A stretch of DNA of 64,000 nt, taken from Macrostomum lignano (taxonomy: Eukaryota). Every line of letters begins with the position of its first letter. The first letter of the stretch is position 1. This document shows positions 22,600 through 32,889 of the stretch, piece by piece. Made by a program: the position numbers and the translations under genes. The DNA lies in contig NIVC01001617.1 in assembly GCA_002269645.1 (NCBI GenBank), forward strand, positions 3,737-67,736. The letters are read 5' to 3'. The notes under the pieces were generated by a model, which saw only the letters and a program-made list of their open reading frames with translations, made no database searches and was not told the origin of the DNA.

Positions 22600-24582
22600 T
22601 CAGGCCTCAGTCTTGCGCAGAATTTTCTGCAGAATCGGGACCACCATGTCGAACCGAGGCCGCCGGCCGGCCTCCTCGTTGGTGGCCAGCTGGATGAGTT
22701 TGCTGGTGTGCCTGGAGAAGCCTGGCGCCGTGCAGGAGATCCGGAGGCCCTCGACGGCGATTTTCAAGCCGGCCTCCATGGGGCCGAGGCTGCCGAAGGG
22801 CACCTCGCGGGTCTCCAGCTCCCACAGCAGGATGCCGAAGCTCCACATGAAGGCGGCGGTGGTGTTGATGTCCTGCGGCGGCTTCTGCAGCGCCTCAGGC
22901 GACATCCAGTAGGGGTGGTACTCCTGCGCCCGCTGGTGGTACACGAAGCGACAGTCCGCTAAGCTGATGCGGGCGGTGAGGTCTTCGTCTACCTGGAAGG
23001 GTGATCAAGTGCAAACACGGGCATTATCAACCATGGCTTGATAATCAAAGCAGCTTCCCTGCTCACCATCACGTGCTTTGAGTTGAGCTGAAAGTGATGC
23101 AGCGGCTGCTCCAGTTTGGTGAGAAAGTCCATGCCTTTGGCAATGTCCAGGGCGAATCCCATGGCCTTGTTGGCGTCAATGATGATGTCTGGCGGGGCAA
23201 CAGGATTACTCATAGTAGCAACCGTAGAATGTTTCGAAAAAGTTACAAAAGTTGCTAATGGCTGGCCAAGACCCCACAACCAGTGTTACACCCCTGATTC
23301 TTCAGGTCATGACCCCGCAGCCAGCCCGCCATCCCTGATTCTTAGCCAGGTCATGACCCCGCAGCCAGCCCCACCCCTGATTCTTAGCCAGGTCATGACC
23401 CCGCAGCCAGCCCCCACCGTGTCCGGAGTGCAGCACGTCGAACAGCGAGCCGTAGGGCATGAACTGGGACACCAGCACCAGGCGCTGGTCGGAGATGACG
23501 GCGCTCAGCACGGGCAGCACGTTGGTGTTGTTGAAGATGCGCAGTCTGGGCAGCTGCTCGTTGAATTCGCGTCTCAGTCGAGCGGCCGCCTGCGGCCTCG
23601 GTCGGAACAGCCGGGCAACGATGTCCTGATCCTGCCAGGTGCCGCGCCACAGCTCCGTGCCGTGCCGGCCGGCCAGGCGGGAGCGCAAGTTGAGCTGCTC
23701 GTACTGGATTCCCGGCTGCCGGCTCAGCGTGGGGTTTGTTGGCCGGGTGCGCCAGGTCTGCGCGCCCAGCGGGTCCGCGGTGTTGTGCGGCTGCCGCATC
23801 TCCACCTCCTGGCGTGGTGGAGTTTGATGTCAGGGATAAGTGTGGATGTCAGAGATAAGTGGGGAAGGCAGAGAGCGGGGAAGGCAGGAGAGAGCGGGGA
23901 AGGCAGGGAGAGAGCGGGGAAGGCAGGGAGAGAGCGGGGAAGGCAGGGAGAGAGCGGGGAAGGCAGGGAGAGAGTGGAGAAGTCAGCGAGAGAGTGGGGA
24001 AGGCAGGGAGAGAGTGGGAAGGCAGGGAGAGAGCGGGGAAGGCAGGGAGAGAGTGGGGAAGTCAGTCAGTCAGGCCTAGGCAAGCTCAAAGCAGTGCTCA
24101 AGCGGTCGGACCTGTCCCAGCTCCCTGGCCAGGTGGCGCAGCTGGCGCACCAGGGCGGGCCTGGCCAGGTCCAGCGGTGTCTGGCCGTAGCGATTCTCCA
24201 GGCTGACCAGGCCGCCCTGGTTCACGAGGTCAACGGCCGTCTCCTCGTGGTTGAAGAAGCAGGCGTAGTGCAACGGCGTGTTGCCGTGCTCATTAACTGC
24301 GTTAATTGCCGGGCGCTGCTTGAGCAGCCGGGACACGAGCCCGTGGTGGCCGCGAGAGGCGGCGATGTGCAACGGCGTGTCGTCGCCCATGTTGGTGGCG
24401 TTGACGCGGGCGCCGCGGCTCAGCAGCAGGTCGGCGATGCCGGTCTGGCCGTCCCAGGCGGCCCAGTGCAGCAGGGAGAAGCGATGGTCGTCGCCCTGGT
24501 TCAGGTCGTTCTCCGTGTTCTCCAGCCACAGGCGCACCTGGACTGCGTTGCCGGTGCGGACCCAGGCCACAATGTCGTCCAT
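22600..24582 (-). CDS. ILK: Integrin-linked kinase (ankyrin repeats + pseudokinase domain), 4 exons, about 458 aa
   Basis: Exons 24582-24112, 23808-23418, 23188-23067, 22992-22600, GT-AG and phase-consistent. MDDI...[97 protein letters not shown] match ILK. Confidence 0.97.
23295..23417. repeat. About 42-bp repeat x3 in ILK intron 2, starting at the donor
   Basis: Minus strand GTGGGG(G)CTGGCTGCGGGGTCATGACCTGGCTAAGAATCAGG repeated. Confidence 0.85.
23860..24060. repeat. About 20-bp purine repeat (GGGAAGGCAGGGAGAGAGCG) in ILK intron 1
   Basis: Seen directly. Confidence 0.9.
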
Positions 24583-24819
24583 GCTGGCTGCGGGCGGTGA
24601 AAAGTTGAGTCTGTTTTCAAGAAACTAACAGGTGCTGGGAAAGTGGAGATGGAAAACAGCGATATAATATTTCTAACACTTTCCGTTTTATGAGATTTAA
24701 TTCGGTAATACTCAATATCCTTCGGGGAAATCGTTGTCTTTGACTCAAAGTCTATGAGATGAAAAGCTTTTTTCTGGAGCGTGTCATGAGACCCTCGGGA
24801 TTTAAACAAACTGTTCCGA

Positions 24820-25280
24820 TGTTCCGGATATGGATGCGCTTTCTTAGAAAACCTTGTTCCTGATATGGATGAGACTTCTTAAAAAACCTTGTTATGAATA
24901 TGGATGTGCTTTCTTAGAAAACGCTGTACCGGATATGGACATGATTTCTAGGAAACACCTGTTCGGGGTATGAATGCGTTTTCTTAGAAGAAACTGTTCC
25001 GGAAAGGGATATGATTTCTTAGAAACCCCCGCTCCGGATATATATGCGATTTCTTAGAAACCTCCGTTCCGGATATATATGCGATTTCTTAGAAACCCCC
25101 GCTCTGGATATATGCGATTTCTTAGAAACCTCCGTTCCGGATATATATGCGATTTCTTAGAAACCCCCGCTCCGGATATATATGCGGTTTCTTAGAAACC
25201 CCCGTTCCGGATAGATGCGATGTCTTAGAAACCTCCGTTCCGGATATATCACGGCGACGCTATGGTGGTTTCTTAGAAAA
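24820..25280. repeat. Degenerate ~35-bp repeat (TTTCTTAGAAACC..GTTCCGGATAT) upstream of ILK
   Basis: Recurrent TTCTTAGAAA and CCGGATAT motifs. Confidence 0.8.
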
Positions 25281-25924
25281 TCATGATTTGGATTGAGATG
25301 CAGTTGCTTGTAAAAAGTCGCTTTTTTCGGATGGGAATGCGATTACTTAGAAATTTGACAGGAATGGCACATGAAAAAGTATTGTGAAAGAACAACTTCC
25401 TAGCAGAAACACAGAGATACTAAAAAGCAAACACAGCAATCAAGTGCCGGCTTCAATCGAGAGTCAAATTGACTGCTCAACGAATGAAATTTTCAAAAAT
25501 CTATTTACAGCCAAGAAAGCGAACAGCGAACCGCAATAATCCAGCATATCACACGGAGTGGCTACAATACAGTGCGCTCAGGAACTGATCCAGAATTCAT
25601 CTTTGCAATTAGATTCGCAGAAGTACAATAACTGATCACGTGTATATTGTGTTCATTACAATAAAAGCCGCGTTAGACAAGACTGATTGCGAAACTGTGG
25701 GGGGGGGGCTAGCGGACCCGATTATTAATCTCCTAAATGTATTTGCCCAAGTGCTTGCCTTGCCAAAGCAGTAAGGTCGAGGGCGTGTGTGGATTCATTA
25801 TTTACAATTTTTGTTTAGGAAGTTTAAACGAATAAGTTGGATTGTAAACCAAACATAAATCGAAGCTTATATTTAAAGGCATACGCATAATCTAAATATA
25901 CGTTAACTATGGCCCAGCAACTGA

Positions 25925-26800
25925 TGATCTGGGAGGGTGGCGGTGGCCCAGCTTGAGGATCTGGGGGGGGGGTGGCTGTGGACAGAAGCTGAGGATCTGG
26001 GAGAGTGGCAGTGGACAGCAGCTGAGGATCTGGGAGGGCGGCGGTGGCCCAGCTTGAGGATCTGGGAGGGTGGCGGTGGCCCAGCTTGAGGATCTGGGAG
26101 GGTGGCGGTGGCCCAGCTTGAGGATCTGGGAGGGTGGCGGTGGCCCAGCTTGAGGGTCTGGGAGGGTGGCGGTGGCCCAGCTTGAGGATCTGGGAGGGTG
26201 GCAGTGGACAGCAGTTGAGGATCTGAGAGAGTGGCAGTGGACAGCAGCTGAGGATCTGGGAGTGGCAGTGGACAGCAGCTGAGGATCTGGGAGGGTGGCG
26301 GTGGCCCAGCGTGAGGATCTGGGAGGGTGGCCCAGCTTGAGGATCTGGGAGGGTGGCGGTGGCCCAGCTTGAGGATCTGGGGGGGGTGGCAGTGGACAGC
26401 AGCTGAGGATCTGGGAGGGTGGCGGTGGACAGCAGCTGAGGATCTGGGAGGGTGGCAGTGGAAAGAAGCTGAGGATCTGGGAGTGGCAGTGGACAGCAGC
26501 TGAGGATCTGGGAGGGTGGCGGTGGACAGCAGCTGAGGATCTGGGAGGGTGGCAGTGGAAAGAAGCTGAGGATCTGGGAGTGGCAGTGGACAGCAGCTGA
26601 GGATCTAGGAGGGTGGCAGTGGAAAGAAGCTGAGGATCTGGGAGTGGCAGTGAACAGCAGCTGAGGATCTGGGAGGGTGGCAGTGGACAGAAGCTGAGGA
26701 TCTGGGAGTGGCAGTGGACAGCAGCTGAGGATCTGGGAGGGTGGCGGTGGCCCAGCTTGATGATCTGGGAGGGTGGCGGTGGCTCAGCCTGAGGATACTG
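25925..26800. repeat. About 29-32-bp G-rich minisatellite (GAGGATCTGGGAGGGTGGCGGTGGCCCAGCTT variants) just 3' of SFT2D3
   Basis: Seen directly. Confidence 0.92.
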
Positions 26801-26842
26801 AGGGTGATAGGAGGCCCGCAGACCGGCAGAGGCAGACAGCAA

Positions 26843-27621
26843 TCAGATGGGCAGGGTGGTCTTAGCTGTGCGGCTGGCGGCGGAATAAAACACGGAGGTG
26901 AGAAACCGGATGCCCCGCTGGCCGCCGGGCAGGTAGGAGATCAGGTACCACAGCAGGGCGGCCACCTGCAGACAGACGAACAGCAGAGCCAGAGGTCCGG
27001 AGCGCAGGCCCATGGCGGAATAGAGAGTGGCGGCCAGCATCAGCAGGTAAGCGCAGGTGAACGGCCGCCTGGGCCCGGTGACCAGGTGGCGCAGGTGATT
27101 CACCGGGCCCCACAGGGCGGAGAATGACAGCAGCAGGCAGAGCGAGCCCATGGAGTACAGCACGGCAAACCGGCGGGCCTTGAGCAGCACCATGGGCAGG
27201 AAGACCAGGCTGAGGGACAGGAACAGGCTGCCCAGCAGCAGCAGGGTCACGAAGGCCAGCACCCGCTGCTTGCGGGACAGGCCGAGGCAGCGGAGCAGCG
27301 GGTCCCGCTCGGCCGCTCCGGACAGCAGGCTGGAGGAGCCGAACCAGCCCGACAGGCTGGCGCCCGAGGACGGATCGTCCGCCTCGCCGGCATTCCCGCG
27401 GCGGCTCCAGCCAGGTGATCGCCAGTTGAAGAGGCCACCGCCGCAGTAGCCGAGGAATTCGCCGACAGCGATGACGAGGAGGCCGACGAGGCCAGTAGGC
27501 CGAAGCCGGTGGAAGCCGAGCTGCTGGACGAGGTGGCCGCGTCTCCGCGATTGAACAGCGGCAGCAGCGACTCGGAGGCGCGGCCTCCGGCGCCCTGCAG
27601 TTTGGTGCGGACCCAGCCGTA
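26843..27621 (-). CDS. SFT2D3: SFT2-domain vesicle transport protein (Got1/Sft2 family, SFT2D3-like); single exon, one frameshift near 27445, no in-frame ATG found
   Basis: CLGLSRKQRVLAF...LLKARRFAVLYSMGSL...LWGPVNHLRHL...TLYSAMGLRS...LQVAALLWYLISYLPGG...KTTLPI is the Sft2 four-TM signature. From the acceptor (AG 27623-27622) to the stop is 779 bp, one short of 260 codons. Confidence 0.88.
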
Positions 27622-27674
27622 CTGCGGGCGGGCACCGGCAGTGCGTGAGTTGCTGGGGTTGGGGGGAGTTGGGC

Positions 27675-28020
27675 AGCGGGAGACGGGAGGGTTGGGTAGA
27701 GGGAGACGGGAGGGTTGGGTAGAGGGAGACGGGGGGGTTGGGTAGAGGGAGACGGGGGGGTTGGGTAGAGGGAGACGGGGGTTGGGTAGAGGGAGACGGG
27801 GGTTGGGTAGAGGGAGACGGGGGGTTGGGTAGAGGGAGACGGGGGTGGGTAGAGGGAGACGGGGGTTGGGTAGAGGGAGACGGGGGGTTGGGTAGAGGGA
27901 GACGGGGGTTGGGTAGAGGGAGACGGGGGGTTGGGTAGAGGGAGACGGGGGGGGTAGAGGGAGACGGGGGGTTGGGTAGAGGGAGACGGGAGGGTTGGGT
28001 AGAGGGAGACAGGAGGGTTT
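27675..28020. repeat. About 22-bp G-rich repeat (GGGTTGGGTAGAGGGAGACGGG)
   Basis: Seen directly; pyrimidine-rich on the minus strand, just upstream of the SFT2D3 acceptor. Confidence 0.92.
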
Positions 28021-28571
28021 GGTGGTAAAATTAGGTGGGTGTCGCAGGTAAAAAAGGGATGAAGTCGGCAAGGCAAAGTCAGTTCAGCAACATCAATACA
28101 ATCGCAGTAAAACTAAATACATGTGTAATATTGCAAGGAGATTATTCTCAATCTATTCAACCGCGTGTGGTTCGCACAGATCTGCTACAGACAACACAGA
28201 GAGGAATTGCAGACACGGGAGGGCATGATCCCATGCAGAACAATACTTTAGCGCCATAACCAAGATTAAAATATATTCACAGAAAAATGGCTTACACTTC
28301 AAAACAACATAGAAGATTTAAACAGTTTGAAACTGCACAACAATTTAACAGAACAGAGTCGCGGAGCAGGGGCTGCAATATTGAAAATCTGAATCAGTTT
28401 CAATGCATTCAAGACAGTCAATTTATTTGGTAAACATCCACAAGTAAACTGATAGATAGGGTTTCGGAGTGATGCGCTGCGATTGCAGCAGATATGAGCA
28501 GCCATTTGATGGCCTTTCATCATCATACACAGGCGGCTCAGAACTTCTAAAAACACTAGCACTAGTTGGCA

Positions 28572-29245
28572 GTGTTGAGTCAGAGGTGAGTTGGGGAGTG
28601 TTGAGTCAGAGGTGAGTTGGGGAGTGTTGAGTCAGAGGTGAGTTGGGGAGAGTTGAGTCAGAGGTGAGTTGGGAGTGTTGAGTCAGAGGTGAGTTGGGGA
28701 GAGTTGAGTCAGAGGTGAGTTGGGGAGTGTTGAGTCAGATATGAGTTGGGGAGAGTTGAGTCAGAGGTGAGTTGGGAGAGTTGAGTCAGATATGAGTTGG
28801 GGAGAGTTGAGTCAGAGGTGAGTTGGGGAGTGCAGAGTCAGAGGTGAGTTGGGGAGTGCAGAGTCAGAGGTGAGTTGGGGAGTGCAGAGTTAGAGGTGAG
28901 TTGGGGAGTGCAGAGTCAGAGGTGAGTTGGGGAGTGCAGAGTCAGAGGTGAGTTGGGGAGTGCAGAGTCAGAGGTGAGTTGGGGAGTGCAGAGTCAGAGG
29001 TGAGTTGGGGAGTGCAGAGTCAGAGGTGAGTTGGGGAGTGCAGAGTTAGAGGTGAGTTGGGGAGTGCAGAGTCAGAGGTGAGTTGGGGAGTGCAGAGTCA
29101 GAGGTGAGTTGGGGAGTGCAGAGTCAGAGGTGAGTTGGGGAGTGCAGAGTCAGAGGTGAGTTGGGGAGTGCAGAGTCAGAGGTGAGTTGGGGAGTGCAGA
29201 GTCAGAGGTGAGTTGGGGAGTGCAGAGTCAGAGGTGAGTTGGGGA
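28572..29245. repeat. 26-bp minisatellite (GAGTCAGAGGTGAGTTGGGGAGTGCA), about 25 copies
   Basis: Seen directly. Confidence 0.95.
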
Positions 29246-29431
29246 CGCTCTGAGCCAGAGTGCTGCAATCGCTACAAGTAAGATATCGCTAAAACGGATT
29301 AATAAGGTGGTACAGAGGTAGACAAAACAGTTCAGTTCAACAGCAACTACAACAGTGTCAGATAAAATTTATGCAGTTAACCAAAAATGAATGAAAATCT
29401 GGGAGCAACACAAATGGGGAGGCTTCAGGCG

Positions 29432-30430
29432 TCAGAACGCGAGCCTGCCCCGCTTGTACAGCTGTATGGACCAGCGCACGCTGTCTTTCAGCTGGCGCCA
29501 GGACTTTTCTAGCAGAGACGGCGGCCGCAGCGCCTCGATGGTCGACCGGCCGGGCAGGCGGCCCTCCTCGATTTGCTGACGAAAGGCGCGGTTCAACTCG
29601 CGCTTCTCCTGTGCCGTCAGCCGCGTCACGCCTGTGGATTCGCGGGGCCGCCTCTTCTTCGGCTGCTGCGGCGGCGGCGGAGGCGGCGGCGGCGGAGGCG
29701 GTTGCGGCTGTTGTTGTTGAGGAGCGCTGGAAGCTGCAGCCGCAGCGGCCGCTGCCGCGCTTAGGGACACATAGTTGCCATCCATCACAAGGGAGGACAG
29801 TCTGGGCAACGCAGACACGGGATGAGGATGAGGCAGCGTGGCCGGAGGCTGCGTTGGCGGCTGGGCGGCGTGCTGCAGCGGGAGGCCGCCCGAGCTGGCG
29901 GCGGCAGCGGCTGCAGCCACGGCCGTAGCGGCGCCCCGCCTGCCCATGTAGTGGCGGAGGAATTCGGGCGAGTCGGCAGGCGGGGCTGGAGGCGGCCTGC
30001 GCAGCCGGAAGTCCCGATAGGAATTGATGGCGTGCCGGATGTTGTCCTTCAGCTGCTTCCAATGACGCTCGCTCAGCTCGGGCGGCCGGCCCGCCTCGAT
30101 GAGGGCGCGGCCGGGCAGGGCGCCAGTCTCGATGCAGCGCGCGTAGGCGCCAACCAGAGCGAGTTTTTCAGACAGACTCAGCCGGGGCGTCTCCGCTTGG
30201 GAGCGGCGCCGTTTCTGGCGCTGCGGCTTCTGCGGCTGCTCAGCCTGCTGCTGGAGCTGCTGGCCAATGAGGTGATGGTGCTGATGGTGCGAATGGTGCA
30301 CCTGCTGCTGCTGCTGCGGCAGCGAAAACTGTGCAGCAGATGTTGACGGAGGTGGAGGGCGGAGCTGCGCTGTCTGAGGCGGCGGGGCAGTTGCGAAGGC
30401 AGACGGGCTGTGCCACAGCAGCAAGGACAT
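29432..30430 (-). CDS. Uncharacterised Q/H/A/P-rich nuclear-type protein (332 aa from ATG 30430) with two copies of a ~57-aa helical domain
   Basis: Open frame with coding-like codon usage; internal repeat EKLALVGAY...IETGALPGRALIEAGRPPELSERHWKQLKDNIR versus EKRELNRAF...IEEGRLPGRSTIEALRPPSLLEKSWRQLKDSVR; basic clusters QKRRR and PKKRRPR; acceptor TTGCAG directly before the ATG, so an upstream exon is possible. Confidence 0.8.
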   Translation of the reverse strand: MSLLLWHSPSAFATAPPPQTAQLRPPPPSTSAAQFSLPQQQQQVHHSHHQHHHLIGQQLQQQAEQPQKPQRQKRRRSQAETPRLSLSEKLALVGAYARCIETGALPGRALIEAGRPPELSERHWKQLKDNIRHAINSYRDFRLRRPPPAPPADSPEFLRHYMGRRGAATAVAAAAAAASSGGLPLQHAAQPPTQPPATLPHPHPVSALPRLSSLVMDGNYVSLSAAAAAAAAASSAPQQQQPQPPPPPPPPPPPQQPKKRRPRESTGVTRLTAQEKRELNRAFRQQIEEGRLPGRSTIEALRPPSLLEKSWRQLKDSVRWSIQLYKRGRLAF

Positions 30431-31519
30431 CTGCAAGCAATGGAAGGAAGAACAGTGATGGAATTGGTTGTGATTATTGGAATGGGGGAAGCGGTTAGAT
30501 ACGCACGCATACTGTAAATCCAGCCCCTGTAGCATTAAAGTAGTGAAACTGCTATGTAATAAACTTTTATAGAGAATTGAGCAAAACCAAACCACGATGA
30601 TCTGTAAAAAAATTAATTAAATGCAGCCTATAAAAAGTTTTTTTCTATATTTATAATATATTGGCTCTAGAAATTTAAAACATATTAATAGCCTTGTTAA
30701 AGCAACAATTATGATATCAATTGCCCAGGTCACATAATAATTTATCCCAAAAACGTTCTTCTTGGCCTTTTGATACTACTGCTATGCTTATTGGAATTTC
30801 TAAGTTTATTTTTTATCAAAATTGTTTATTATGCAAAATTGCAAATAAACCAAGTAGTACAAACATTTCAACTTCCTTTTTAAAGAGTTTTATCTTTATG
30901 TTATTATCAATGTACTAAATATAAAAATAGGCATAAATCCTAACATTATGTCAATTATGGGATATAGTTATATAATATGAATTTCTATTGAAATACCAAA
31001 TGCTTAAATTTATCAAGTTATAAAAACTATTTATAAATATTAAATTCTTTAATATTAAAAAGAAAACTGATAAATACTTGCAGTTTAATAATTAAGATTG
31101 CCACTTTATTTATGACTATATTAATAAAAATTCATTTATACCTAAGCACTTTCTATATAATTCTAAAGATATATCTATACAATCTCCAGAATTTTACCTA
31201 GCATATATGAGCTATAAGTTAGAGCTATGAGTTAGAGCTATGAGCTAGAGATTTCACAAAAATCTTTTTTGGAAAGCCTTGTTGCAATAACTTATCTGTA
31301 TATGCAAATATTTTTTCTTTATCTTTTTTGTTATTTTGTCACATATATAAGTAAAAAATAAGTTTTCTTTTTTCTTACTATTTCCATGTTTTCTATGGTT
31401 TATTTTTATGTCTTTGTCTTTCACATGCTTAGAATTTTTGGTGCTTGGTTGATTGGTTTTGAGTTTTTTATCTACTTGTTAGTAAAAAACTAGTTAGTAT
31501 TAGTCATCTTGTTACATCA

Positions 31520-31880
31520 TGTCATATTGAAGCGTCATGTTAAAATCATAAAAGTGTCATTTAAAAATCATAAAAGTCATGAAAAAATCATAGAAGCGTC
31601 ATGAAAAAATCATGGAAGCGTCATGTAAAAATCATAGAAGTGTCATGTAAAAAAGTCATAGAAGCATCATGAAAGAATTATAGAAGCATCATGTAAAAAT
31701 CAAAGTAGCGTCATGTAATAAATCATAGAAGCGTCATGAAAAATCATAGAAGCCTCTTATAAAAACTAATGGAAGTGTCATTTAAAAATTAAGAAGCATC
31801 ATGGAAGAATAAAAGAAGCGTCATGTAAAAATCAAAAGAAGCGTCATGTCAGACATGAAAGGTGTCATGTAAAAATTAAA
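31520..31880. repeat. Degenerate ~22-bp repeat (AATCATAGAAGCGTCATGTAAA)
   Basis: Seen directly; AGCGTC/AGTGTC/AGCATC variants. Confidence 0.85.
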
Positions 31881-32674
31881 TGAAGCTATAGTGCTGTGCT
31901 AGGGAGAATTACTGAGATGTCAAGGCTCACAGAGAATAACTGAGATTACAGGGGGTTTTCTGAGATGTCAAAGCAAAAGTCAGAAGCTACTTCAAAGTTC
32001 ATGTACTTTACTCAATTTTTTTATTGCATTCTTTGTTGGCTCGCCACGGGGGGGGGGCGCTGATAGAAGAAGAGTCATGTAAAAAAGAAAAGTAGCACTA
32101 CGTATACATAAAAGAAAAGTCATGTCGAAGTTAAAAGATTCATTTGGGAATTGCTATGATGTCAAAGCTTGGAGGGAATCGTTATAGTGCTGTGATTCGC
32201 ACATTTTATTGGTACATAAGCCCAGAATTAAAATGAGAATTCGATTCTTAGCCCCCCTCCCTAAGAATTCACTTCATTTTAAAGGATTTGTCCCTTGCTT
32301 ATTGGCCACCCCGAAGGGGGGCACAAGATTGCTAGTATAATTCTATAAATCTCCTAAATCTCTAACTCTAATTTTTTATAATTCTATAATAAAATAACAA
32401 TACTAGCTTTAATAATAAAAACATTATTTATTAGACTTAAAACAAAATTAAATACAAAGCTATTGTGTTAGCTAAATGCTATTGAACATTGATCTCAATT
32501 TATCATGTGATGCTTTTAACAGAAAATAAATACAAACAATGTTTTAAGTTGTCTAAAAAATATTTAGCTTAGATTATATTATTGAATACTATAAATAACA
32601 AGGCCAACTCCTCCGCTGGAGGAGAAAGGGAAGAACTCCCATCACTGGAATTCCATTCCCTGAAATCTATCAGC

Positions 32675-32874
32675 TGTGGCGAGTTGAGCCACGTAGAGTT
32701 TATTTGAAGTAGCACGGTGGAGGCGCGCGAGACAAAAGTCTAAAGTTATATAGGCCAGCGGTGTACACTGGGCAGCCAATCAACGCACAGCGACCGTGCA
32801 CATAGCGCTGGCCTCCCCGGCCGGGGTTGGGGTGGCTGCTGGAGCGCATACGCGCGTGTGGCGTGACCGCCACA
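32675..32874 (-). repeat. 3' LTR (200 bp), preceded on the minus strand by the PPT GGGGGGAGCCA (32885-32875)
   Basis: TG...CA termini; about 94% identical to the other LTR by hand alignment. Confidence 0.95.
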
Positions 32875-32889
32875 TGGCTCCCCCCAGCG

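Noticed and set aside
23116-24600. 494-aa plus-strand ORF
   Set aside because: Antisense shadow of GC-rich ILK exons plus intronic repeats.
25907-28076. Long Pro-rich minus-strand ORFs (311, 404, 274 aa)
   Set aside because: Minisatellite translations or off-frame readings of SFT2D3.
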